NCBI GenBank assembly: GCA_964481435.1
Contig: CAYZTH010000001.1
Coordinates: 7,992-71,991 of the forward strand
Length of the DNA stretch: 64,000 nt
Reading direction: 5' to 3'
Origin: Candidatus Woesearchaeota archaeon
GTDB taxonomy: Archaea; Nanobdellota; Nanobdellia; Pacearchaeales; UBA284
The notes below the pieces were generated by a model. That model saw only the letters and a list, made by a program, of their open reading frames with translations, made no database searches and was not told where the DNA came from. Shown piece after piece: positions 17,795 to 26,726 of the stretch (positions are counted from its first letter, which is position 1; each line of letters begins with the position of its first letter). A program made the translations under genes and the position numbers.

Positions 17795-19336
17795 ATGTAT
17801 CAATCTATAAAGAAAGTGATTAAATCTCTCTTTGACAAAGAGAATCAATCTCTCACTAAGCAGACAATAGAGAACTCTGCCTATAGTTTCGGAATAAATA
17901 TTGTTTCAAAACTGGGGGGAATAATTTTCTCTATCTTGCTGGCCAGGATTCTTTTGCCAGATCTTTACGGATTGTACAGCCTAGTTTTTTCTGTTGTTGT
18001 CACAATATCTGCTTTTACAGACTTGGGAGTTAATTCCGCTCTTTCAAGATATCTTGCAGAGTCCCTGTCGAAAGGAAAAAAATTTGAGGATGAGGCTCGT
18101 TCAAGAGTTCGTTTTCTTTTTAATTTGAAAGTCATTCTTTCATTTGGGATATCACTAATTCTCTTTTTGTTATCAACTGTAATTGCCACAGCCATATTCC
18201 ATAAACCAGAGATGGCCCTCCCACTGAGAATGGGTTCAATTTATTTACTTGTCTTGTCCATACAAGGCTTTTTCGCCATGATATTCTATCCATTGAAGAA
18301 GCTTAAGTATGGGTTATTCGCGGAAGTTATATTTCAAGTGGCGAAAATAGGGTTGTTCTTATTATTTATCAAGATGTATCTATCGGTTTCAAATGTTTTT
18401 TTAGCTATGGCCCTAGCCTTCTTTATATCTGCAGCATTCTATTTTCTTATTATCTTATTTAAACATAAGAAATTATTTTTTGGAAAACTAGTCAAGATAG
18501 AAAAGAGGAAAATTACAATCTTTTTAGGGTGGATTACCCTATTTACTGCATTTTCTTCACTTTATTCAACAATCAATACCCTTGTTCTTGGATTTTTCGT
18601 AGATAATAACTTTGTGGCTTACTACAGCGCAATTCTGTCTATAGTCCTTCCATTGAGCGTAGTCATAAATTTAGGGGGCATTGTTCTGCCAATTTTTACA
18701 GAAATTACTGGAAAAAGATTGAAAAGAGGATTTAAGAAAATAGTAAAATACTCTGCAATTGTGTCAATCCCTTCAAGTGTAGGTCTCGCATTTATCTTGA
18801 TTCCAGTCCTAAGAGTAATATACGGTCCAAGTTATGTCCCGCCAGAATTCTATAATGTAATCCTAATCTCCACGATTTTGCTTTCAATGTTGGTATTTGA
18901 AGAGTTGTTTATCTCCTTGTACCTTTCTTTATTTGCAGCAAAAGAGAAGTTCAATCGACCAACAATCAGTTTTATCCTTATGACGGTATTGAATATAGTC
19001 CTTGATTACATCTTGATTAAACTGTTACTGCCTTACGGACAGATCTGGGCGGTTTTAGCGGTTTCAATCGCAACACTTGTAACTAGATACTTGAATCTTC
19101 TTATTTTAGGGGCTCTAGCCAAAAAAGAATTCAGGCTAGGATTGAATAAAAGAACAATTTTATCTCCTCTACTTGCCTCATTGATTATGCTTGGTTTTCT
19201 ATTCCTATTTAACTGGATATTTAATCCAAATCTGATTCTTACAATAATCATGGTCGGACTTGCGATAATCCTCTATTTTATCTTCTTATTTTTGATAGAG
19301 AACTTCGGGGATAAAAAAGCAAAAGAGGGAGATTAA
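17795..19336 (+). CDS. oligosaccharide flippase, Wzx-like (MOP superfamily)
   Basis: 513 aa, ~14 TM helices, polysaccharide-biosynthesis-protein pattern. Confidence 0.65.
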   Translation: MYQSIKKVIKSLFDKENQSLTKQTIENSAYSFGINIVSKLGGIIFSILLARILLPDLYGLYSLVFSVVVTISAFTDLGVNSALSRYLAESLSKGKKFEDEARSRVRFLFNLKVILSFGISLILFLLSTVIATAIFHKPEMALPLRMGSIYLLVLSIQGFFAMIFYPLKKLKYGLFAEVIFQVAKIGLFLLFIKMYLSVSNVFLAMALAFFISAAFYFLIILFKHKKLFFGKLVKIEKRKITIFLGWITLFTAFSSLYSTINTLVLGFFVDNNFVAYYSAILSIVLPLSVVINLGGIVLPIFTEITGKRLKRGFKKIVKYSAIVSIPSSVGLAFILIPVLRVIYGPSYVPPEFYNVILISTILLSMLVFEELFISLYLSLFAAKEKFNRPTISFILMTVLNIVLDYILIKLLLPYGQIWAVLAVSIATLVTRYLNLLILGALAKKEFRLGLNKRTILSPLLASLIMLGFLFLFNWIFNPNLILTIIMVGLAIILYFIFLFLIENFGDKKAKEGD

Positions 19337-19368
19337 TATGCCTGTTACGTCCTTTTTTTATTTATTTT

Positions 19369-20349
19369 TTAGAACCAATTTCCCTTTTTGAGGATTTTTG
19401 TGGCAATGAATATTTTGAGTGTTAAAAGAATATTGCGGTCCATCCTGCTTTTTTTGGCTTCAAATTCTCTCTTATAGTTTTCGTCAATTACTGGGATAAC
19501 CGGGGCCTTGCAGCTTCCAAGCCACCAAGCTAATTCTGTGAAGGTGCTCAAATATGTCCCAAGGATTTTTTTTGTCTTTGAAAGCAGGATAAGATCTACC
19601 AATCCTTCTTGTGTCACGCTAACATTTTCTCTGTCTCGATTATTTTTAGGATAAACAATTACCTTTTCCTTTAATTTAGATTTGAAAAGATTTTCAGTTT
19701 CTTCGCAATCTGTGCATAAGAAGAACATTTGTTCTGGATTTTCTTTTAATATCTTGTCAATCTCTTCGAAAAAACGCTCATTTGAAGAGACTTTTCCAAG
19801 ACCTTCCTTTCCAAGAAGAAAATCCCCTCGTCTTGCATGAATTCCGACGAAATCAGTCAGGTCATTTTTTTTCAAGAATTTTTCGACTTCTTCCCTAACA
19901 AAACTAATTGGGACAAGTCTTTTAAGATATTCAAGTATGTCTTTTCTTATATTCATAGGGATTCCTTCAAATTCATGGTCTATATCATTTCCTTTTTTTG
20001 TAGAGAATAAACTGGGGAATATCTGTTTTTCTTCTCTTTCACCAGGAAAAAGGATCCATCGCGCATTATCTGTTGCAAGATATTCGTGAGCAGACTCTGG
20101 AATTTCATTTACGTCTGCACGATAGACTTTCAGGTTTTTCTTGTCAATTTTTTTCAAATCCTCTTTTTTTAGTTCAGGGAACTGGTTTTCAAATAGGTCG
20201 TTGAATTTTCCCCTTAGGGTATGGTTTGAAGGCCAGTACAAGAGAAGTTCTCGGCCATATTTATCTCCAAGCCTCCACATAGAAATAAGGCATTTAATCC
20301 TGTTTGATATCCCCCCCGGGTTGGCAGCAATTATTTTCCTATTTTCCAT
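19369..20349 (-). CDS. glycosyltransferase family 11-like (alpha-1,2-fucosyl/colitosyl-transferase type)
   Basis: N-terminal PGGISNRIKCL (GGLGNQ-like motif I), GIHARRGDF (GT11 HVRRGDY motif) and C-terminal YLSTFTELAWWL (SxFSxWaAwL-like). Confidence 0.55.
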   Translation of the reverse strand: MENRKIIAANPGGISNRIKCLISMWRLGDKYGRELLLYWPSNHTLRGKFNDLFENQFPELKKEDLKKIDKKNLKVYRADVNEIPESAHEYLATDNARWILFPGEREEKQIFPSLFSTKKGNDIDHEFEGIPMNIRKDILEYLKRLVPISFVREEVEKFLKKNDLTDFVGIHARRGDFLLGKEGLGKVSSNERFFEEIDKILKENPEQMFFLCTDCEETENLFKSKLKEKVIVYPKNNRDRENVSVTQEGLVDLILLSKTKKILGTYLSTFTELAWWLGSCKAPVIPVIDENYKREFEAKKSRMDRNILLTLKIFIATKILKKGNWF

Positions 20350-20404
20350 TTTTTATAGTTTAAAAGATCATTTAGAAATTTTTTAGATATAGACTCGTTG
20401 AATA

Positions 20405-21508
20405 TTAAACACATGAATTAAATAAGTTTTTTCCTAGTTCTTTAGCCTTTTCTAAGATGTATTCCTCGGTAAATTTTTCAGGAGGATTAATCGGGATGAT
20501 TCCCATTTTTTCAAATTTTTCTCTTAAATCTGAAATTAGCATCATCCTGGCTAATTCTTTGAATTTCACTTTTGGGTTCCAACCAAAGGTTTTCCTTGCC
20601 TTACTAGCATCTCCTAGCAAATAAGGAACCTCTGCAGGTCTTTTATATCGCTCATTTATGCCTAAGAATTTATTATAATCAAGGCCTATTAATTTGAAGC
20701 ATTCATCTAAAAATTCTCTAACCGTATGAGATTCTCCAGTAGCTATGACAAAATCATCTGGCTTGTCCTGTTGTAAAATCTGCCACATTGCCTCAACATA
20801 TTCTTCAGAGTAGCCCCAGTCTCTCTTAGCATCTAGATTTCCTAGGGTGACGTTCTTCCTCTCTCCAACAAGAATCTCTGCTATTTCCCTTGTTATCTTT
20901 CTTGTTACAAAATTTAATCCCCGTCTTGGTGATTCATGATTGAATAGGATTCCATTTGAGGCAAATAATCCATAAGCGTCTCTATAGAGTTTGGTTAGAT
21001 GAAAGGCCGCAACTTTCGAAATACCATATGGGCTCTGTGGATTTAATGGAGTATCCTCATTCTGAGGGGGTGCAGAAGTTCCAAACATTTCTGAACTAGA
21101 TGCCTGATAGAACTTTCCCTTATAGTCCATTTTCTTCAAGGTATCAAGGATTCGATATACTCCAAGCAAGTCGATGTTTATTGTGGACATGCCATTGTCA
21201 AAACTTATTCCGACATGACTCTGCGCAGCAAGATTATAAATTTCATCTGGTTGGACTTGTTCAATTATGTTTCTTAAGCTAGATGTATCTGTAAGATCAG
21301 CATACTTAACAACGAAAGGGCAGTCTGGATCTGAGTAGTCTTCTTCATATTTCTTAATAAGATGGTCTATTCTTTGAGTATTCGGATAACTTGCTCTTCG
21401 GACTATTCCCCTAACAAGATATCCCTTTTTGAGAAGGAGTTCTGCTAGGTAAGAGCCATCCTGTCCCCCAATCCCGGTAATGAACGCTACCTTTTTTCCG
21501 TTTATCAT
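20405..21508 (-). CDS. gmd: GDP-mannose 4,6-dehydratase
   Basis: AFITGIGGQDGSYLAELLL, NLAAQSHVGISFD, and YxxxK region; full-length Gmd-like (367 aa). Confidence 0.9.
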   Translation of the reverse strand: MINGKKVAFITGIGGQDGSYLAELLLKKGYLVRGIVRRASYPNTQRIDHLIKKYEEDYSDPDCPFVVKYADLTDTSSLRNIIEQVQPDEIYNLAAQSHVGISFDNGMSTINIDLLGVYRILDTLKKMDYKGKFYQASSSEMFGTSAPPQNEDTPLNPQSPYGISKVAAFHLTKLYRDAYGLFASNGILFNHESPRRGLNFVTRKITREIAEILVGERKNVTLGNLDAKRDWGYSEEYVEAMWQILQQDKPDDFVIATGESHTVREFLDECFKLIGLDYNKFLGINERYKRPAEVPYLLGDASKARKTFGWNPKVKFKELARMMLISDLREKFEKMGIIPINPPEKFTEEYILEKAKELGKNLFNSCV

Positions 21509-21689
21509 AATAAATGTTTAATCAGCCCCCTTTTTAAAATTATCTGATATAAAATAGATATAGCGAGAAGTTGTTTCTAGTCGGTGAAAATATTTCAAAT
21601 AACCTCAAATAAAAAACATTTTTTTTTCGCCAAAAACATTTAAAAAGAATTAAAAGTTGTTTATGCTTAGAAATTAAAGTAGATTCAAA

Positions 21690-22691
21690 ATGGATAAAAA
21701 AGAAATAAAGATAAATTTCCGGTATTTTGACCCAAATTTTAATTCAGAAGATAATTTATTTACGGATCTTTTGAGAAGGAGGTACCATGTTGTGATAAGT
21801 GACAATCCAGATTATGTCTTTTATTCGGTTTATCCAGAAAATGCCGGTAAAGGTCTAGGGGGAATGGGCAGAGTTATCAAAAAGATCTCTCCGGATCTTT
21901 ACATATTCTCCAGAAAAATCGTTTCAAAAGTTTTATCTGTTTTCAAAAAGAAGAACAAAGTAGAGGGGAAATTTGTCAAGATCTTTTTTGGTGCAGAACA
22001 CACCAAACCAAATATGAAAGAGTGTGATTGGGCATTTTCTTCACACTTTGAAGAGGAAATCAATCATCCAAAGTATATGAGAATAGCTTCCTACCGAGTT
22101 ACTGACTTTAAACTAGAGAACGCAGGTAAGCCCCCGATAAAAAAAGACCTAGACCTGGAGCAGATAAAGAAGGAAAAGACAAAATTCTGCAATTTTATTT
22201 ATTCCCAGGATATCAAGGAAAGAAATGAATTTTTCAAGATATTGAATGAGTATAAGCCAGTAGATTCGCCAGGAAGATGCATGAATAATATGCCGGCAAT
22301 TAGTGTAAATGACCCAAAGAAATCAAGAGAAGCAGTAAATTGGGCAGAGGAAAAGTTGAAGTTCATCAGGCCCTATAAGTTTACAATAGCTTTTGAGAAC
22401 TTCTCTAGTCCTGGCTGGGTCACAGAAAAACTGACTCATCCCATGTTGGTTAATAGTGTCCCAATTTATTTTGGACATGGGGCAGTTAAAGAAGACTTCA
22501 ATACAAAGAGTTTCATAAATTTCCACGATTTTAAAGATATGAAGGAGTTCGTTGAGCATATCATAAAAGTTGACAACGATGATTCACTTTATGAAGAGTA
22601 CTTGAGACAGCCTTTTTATGAGAATAATATCCCTTCAGAGTATGTTGACGATGAGCGGATATTGAAAAGATTTGAAGAAATATTTGGATAA
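21690..22691 (+). CDS. glycosyltransferase family 10-like (alpha-1,3/4-fucosyltransferase type)
   Basis: KFTIAFENFSSPGWVTEKLTHPMLVNSVPIYFG matches the FxxxFENS...YxTEK fucosyltransferase motif. Confidence 0.6.
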   Translation: MDKKEIKINFRYFDPNFNSEDNLFTDLLRRRYHVVISDNPDYVFYSVYPENAGKGLGGMGRVIKKISPDLYIFSRKIVSKVLSVFKKKNKVEGKFVKIFFGAEHTKPNMKECDWAFSSHFEEEINHPKYMRIASYRVTDFKLENAGKPPIKKDLDLEQIKKEKTKFCNFIYSQDIKERNEFFKILNEYKPVDSPGRCMNNMPAISVNDPKKSREAVNWAEEKLKFIRPYKFTIAFENFSSPGWVTEKLTHPMLVNSVPIYFGHGAVKEDFNTKSFINFHDFKDMKEFVEHIIKVDNDDSLYEEYLRQPFYENNIPSEYVDDERILKRFEEIFG

Positions 22692-22701
22692 TTTCATTGA
22701 A

Positions 22702-23688
22702 TTATTTTTTATATCCGTCTGGATGATTCTTTAACCAGTTAAATGCGGTCCTTATTATGGTGTCTATAGAACTATACTCTGGGTTCCACCCAAGTTCCTT
22801 CTTTATTTTTTTCGAGCTTGCTATAAGGACATCAGGGTCCCCAGGCCTTCTTGCCTTTTCGATAGCGGTTATTTTCATTCCAGTAACCTTTCTTGCTGTA
22901 TCAATTATTTCCTTCACAGAGAAACCCTTTTCACTCCCCAGGTTATATCTCTCTGTCTTCCCGCCACTATCGAGGTACCTTAGAGCCAAGATGTGGGCCT
23001 TTGCAAGGTCAGTTACATGGATGTAATCCCTGACACCAGTACCATCCCTTGTTTTATAATCGGTCCCAAAAATATCTAAATGGTCAATTTTTCCTAGGGC
23101 AGCAAGCAAAACTCTTGGAATAAGGTGGTGTTCTGGTTTATGGAATTCTCCTAACTGACCCTCTGGGTCTGCTCCTGCAGCGCAGAAGTATCTCAAAGAA
23201 ACGGATTTTATGCCATAAGCATGATCATAATACCCTAGTATTCTCTCAAAGACTAGTTTTGTATAACCATAGGGGTTACTTGGTTTCTTAAGGTCCTCCT
23301 CTTGTATGGGAACCCTCTTAGGTATGCCATAGACTGCCGCAGAAGATGAAAAAACAATTTTTTTCACATTATATTTTCTCATAGCCTCTAGAAGGTTCAG
23401 GCCGTTGGAAATGTTGTTCATAAAATATTTTTCAGGGTTTGAAACAGATTCTGGAACATCTGCATAAGCTGCAAAATGAACAACAGAATCTATCTTTTCT
23501 TTTTTGAATAGGGCATCAAGTCTGTTCCTATCAGCCAAGTCTCCTTTGATGAATTTTCCACCAACAATGGCTTCCCTATATCCATTTTCAAGGCTGTCAA
23601 AGATGATAACTTCATTGCCCTGTTTAAGCAATTCCTTTACAGTATGGCTGCCTATATAGCCCGCACCCCCCGTAACCATAATTTTCAT
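22702..23688 (-). CDS. galE: UDP-glucose 4-epimerase
   Basis: MKIMVTGGAGYIGSHTV, YxxxK (YGYTKLVFERIL); 328 aa, GalE-like throughout. Confidence 0.85.
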   Translation of the reverse strand: MKIMVTGGAGYIGSHTVKELLKQGNEVIIFDSLENGYREAIVGGKFIKGDLADRNRLDALFKKEKIDSVVHFAAYADVPESVSNPEKYFMNNISNGLNLLEAMRKYNVKKIVFSSSAAVYGIPKRVPIQEEDLKKPSNPYGYTKLVFERILGYYDHAYGIKSVSLRYFCAAGADPEGQLGEFHKPEHHLIPRVLLAALGKIDHLDIFGTDYKTRDGTGVRDYIHVTDLAKAHILALRYLDSGGKTERYNLGSEKGFSVKEIIDTARKVTGMKITAIEKARRPGDPDVLIASSKKIKKELGWNPEYSSIDTIIRTAFNWLKNHPDGYKK

Positions 23689-23812
23689 AAATTGAATAGG
23701 CCGGGGGGAATATTTAAAGTTAATTATAATAGAAGATAATATAAAGAATTTACAACGCTACAACACAATATAAGACAACAATCTTTATAAATAATATCTG
23801 GGATAATTTAGT

Positions 23813-24757
23813 ATGGAAGATAAAAATCCAAAGGTGTCTATAATCCTGCCGGTTTATAATGCAGAAAAATTTCTAGATGAGAATCTGCTCTCTATCTTAA
23901 ATCAAAGTTTTGAAGATTTTGAGTTTATCATAATTAACGATGAATCAAAAGACAAATCTGCAGAGATAATACAAAGATATGCGGAAAAAGATAAAAGAAT
24001 AATCTTTTTGAATAATGAAAAAAATATGGGATGTGTGAAAACCAGAAACAAGGGATTAAAGCTAGCAAGAGGAGAATATATTGCGGTAATGGACCCAGAT
24101 GATGTTTGTCTTACAGACCGATTTAAAATTCAGGTAGACTATTTAGACAGGCATCCAGAAATTTTCTTAATCGGCGGTTCTGCGATTGTAATTGATGAAG
24201 AAGGGAATAGGATGGGGATTTTATTAAAAGAGGATAATCCCGAGAAAATTGCAAAAAAGATGGTAAACGCAAACTGCATGATTCACCCCTCAGTTATGCA
24301 TAGAAACACACAAGAATTCTTTTATCGAGAGAAATTTATTATTTCTGATGATTATGACTTTCTTCTAATGGTATTATCTACAAATAAGAAAATGTCAAAT
24401 GTTCCGGAATTTATTGTAAAATATCGGATTAACAAGGGTTCAGCCACAAATACTAAGAAGAATCCAGAATTTTTCTTTAAAATAGCAAAAGAATTTTATA
24501 GGCAGCGAGTAGAAACCGGTAAGGATGATTATGATCAATTGGACTTAGACAAGGTACAGCCCAAAATGGTAGATTTCAATAAGTTAAATTCAAAGACCAA
24601 GATTGTTGTTGGATTTCAGGACAATCAAATGAAAAATGTCAGAAAAGAGATAAAAGATTATATCAAGACTTATAATTTTGAAAAACAACTCGCGGCCTAT
24701 TATCTGCTCAGTTTTTTACCAATAGGGTTCACTAAACTTTTAAGGAAGAAATTATAG
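23813..24757 (+). CDS. glycosyltransferase family 2
   Basis: SIILPVYNAEKFL, DxD-type motif (AVMDPDD), GT-A fold. Confidence 0.75.
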   Translation: MEDKNPKVSIILPVYNAEKFLDENLLSILNQSFEDFEFIIINDESKDKSAEIIQRYAEKDKRIIFLNNEKNMGCVKTRNKGLKLARGEYIAVMDPDDVCLTDRFKIQVDYLDRHPEIFLIGGSAIVIDEEGNRMGILLKEDNPEKIAKKMVNANCMIHPSVMHRNTQEFFYREKFIISDDYDFLLMVLSTNKKMSNVPEFIVKYRINKGSATNTKKNPEFFFKIAKEFYRQRVETGKDDYDQLDLDKVQPKMVDFNKLNSKTKIVVGFQDNQMKNVRKEIKDYIKTYNFEKQLAAYYLLSFLPIGFTKLLRKKL

Positions 24758-25858
24758 GCCGAATCTCTGATCATATTTTATCTTCTCAAATAGATTAAGT
24801 GCCTCTTCCACACACTGGTCTATATTGATATACTTATACTTGCCCAATCGTCCAAGAAAATGGATATTTTTTTCATTTCCTGATTCCTTTACATATTTTT
24901 GTAAAGAGTCCATATTTTTCTTATTATAAACCGGATAAATTGGTTCTTTTCCCCAGGTGAAAAACTCTTTACAAATAATTGTCTTTTTTGATTTTATTTT
25001 ATAGAACTTTTTAAATTCCGTTATTCTCGTGAATTTGAATTTTTCTTGAGGAAAATTAACCACCGAGTTGGGGAGAAAACTTTTTATTTTTAATTTCTCA
25101 AAAAGAAAGTCGATGCTTCTATAGTCCAGTGTTCCGAACTTATAATTGAAATATTCATCAATTTTACCTGTCCAGATGATCTCTTTAGCAACATTTTTTA
25201 ATATTTCTTGGTAGGGAGTATTTAATTTTATAAAAATATTCTTATTTGAAAGCATTTTTTTGAACATATCTGTAAATCCTTTTTTTGGCATTCCTTGGAA
25301 AGGACTATCAAAATAGAAATTATTTCGGTTATATCTTATAGGGAGACGTTCCAAAACAGATCTGTCTAATTCAGAAGGATACAAATCCCATTGCTTTTTT
25401 GTATAACTCTTGACAAATGCCTCATATAACTCTCTCCCAAACTTAGAAAGCACGACATCCTCCGAATTTTTTATTATTTTTGTTACAACGGCCTTATCTT
25501 TAAGGAAATTCTTTAATTCTTCTTCATTTTTTAAGTTTATATTAAAGAATTTATTTACAGTATTGAGGTTTATGGGAATTGGGAAAAACCGCCCTTCGTA
25601 GTAAGATAATACCCTGTGCTTATAGTCATTAAATTTTGTAAATCTTCTTAGATAGTCAAACACTCTTTTACTCTTCGTATTAAATATATGCGGCCCATAT
25701 TTTTGCACTAAAATTCCCTCGCATTTATAGTCGTAACAAGCGCCCCCTATATGGTCTTTTTTATCAATAATCAAGATTTTCTTGCCAATAGAAGCTAATC
25801 TCTCTGCAAGCACAATTCCCGATATGCCACTTCCCACAATAAGATAGTCGTATTTCAT
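24752..25858 (-). CDS. glf: UDP-galactopyranose mutase
   Basis: MKYDYLIVGSGISG FAD motif, DHIGGACYD, KYGPHIFNT; collinear with E. coli Glf. Confidence 0.85.
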   Translation of the reverse strand: MKYDYLIVGSGISGIVLAERLASIGKKILIIDKKDHIGGACYDYKCEGILVQKYGPHIFNTKSKRVFDYLRRFTKFNDYKHRVLSYYEGRFFPIPINLNTVNKFFNINLKNEEELKNFLKDKAVVTKIIKNSEDVVLSKFGRELYEAFVKSYTKKQWDLYPSELDRSVLERLPIRYNRNNFYFDSPFQGMPKKGFTDMFKKMLSNKNIFIKLNTPYQEILKNVAKEIIWTGKIDEYFNYKFGTLDYRSIDFLFEKLKIKSFLPNSVVNFPQEKFKFTRITEFKKFYKIKSKKTIICKEFFTWGKEPIYPVYNKKNMDSLQKYVKESGNEKNIHFLGRLGKYKYINIDQCVEEALNLFEKIKYDQRFGL

Positions 25859-25913
25859 TTTTTATTTGATGAAAGATAGAAAAAAACTTTAAAAAGCTTT
25901 ATAATTCTTTGCA

Positions 25914-26726
25914 GTGCAGCAGGAATTATTCGCACGCCTCAGGGACAACAGCCATAAAGATTTAAATACCCTCTCAATTACTCAGGTTATGACAAATTCA
26001 ACAAGAATCGCAATCGCAACAATGACCTATGATAAAAAAGGCGATGCAGAGTTAATGAGAGAAACTCTGCGTTTTTTAGCAAGCAAAGGTCATCAGGCTT
26101 ATATTGCAGATGGCGGAAGTTCTACGAGATTTCTTGATGACCTTAGACTAATGGGCCATGAAGTTGTGCAGGTACCAGGTGGTTTAACCTGTCAGCACAT
26201 AAATTCTATTCAAAGAGCAGCAGGAAATGCAAAAACAGTCCTCTATATGGAGCCTGACAAGTTTAAATGGGTCTCTGAACATCTGGAAGAAGCAATAGAT
26301 AAATATTTTAGTATGCGCGAAGGGCCAGATATTTTTGCCGTCGTTAGTAGAACTTCCGATCAGATGAACACCTTTCCACCTCATCAGCGAACATGCGAAG
26401 GATTGATGAATGATCTAATTCATAAGAAAACTGGGTTCAAAGGTGACTCTATCTATGGCCCAAAGGTTTTCTCATCAAAGCTTGCCGCACACTTGAATGA
26501 ACTTAGTGGAAAAGACCTAGGTTGGGCAGGTCTTATGTTCTCAGTTGGTAGGGCTTACAATTTAGGAATGCCCCTAAGGTCAATAGAAGCAGCTTCTGAA
26601 TGTCCTAGTAGTCAAACATCAGAAGATAAAAACGCAGCAGCCTATAGGGAAAGGCAATTTAAACAGAATGCATTAGGACTATACCTTGGATTAGGAGAAA
26701 CAGTACCTGCAGAGTTCTTAGCCTAG
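25914..26726 (+). CDS. hypothetical protein, compositionally atypical (GC-richer, Lys-poor)
   Basis: 270 aa from a GTG start (alternative in-frame ATG at 25989); visibly higher G+C and few Lys codons compared with neighbours; no motif recognised confidently. Confidence 0.4.
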   Translation: MQQELFARLRDNSHKDLNTLSITQVMTNSTRIAIATMTYDKKGDAELMRETLRFLASKGHQAYIADGGSSTRFLDDLRLMGHEVVQVPGGLTCQHINSIQRAAGNAKTVLYMEPDKFKWVSEHLEEAIDKYFSMREGPDIFAVVSRTSDQMNTFPPHQRTCEGLMNDLIHKKTGFKGDSIYGPKVFSSKLAAHLNELSGKDLGWAGLMFSVGRAYNLGMPLRSIEAASECPSSQTSEDKNAAAYRERQFKQNALGLYLGLGETVPAEFLA

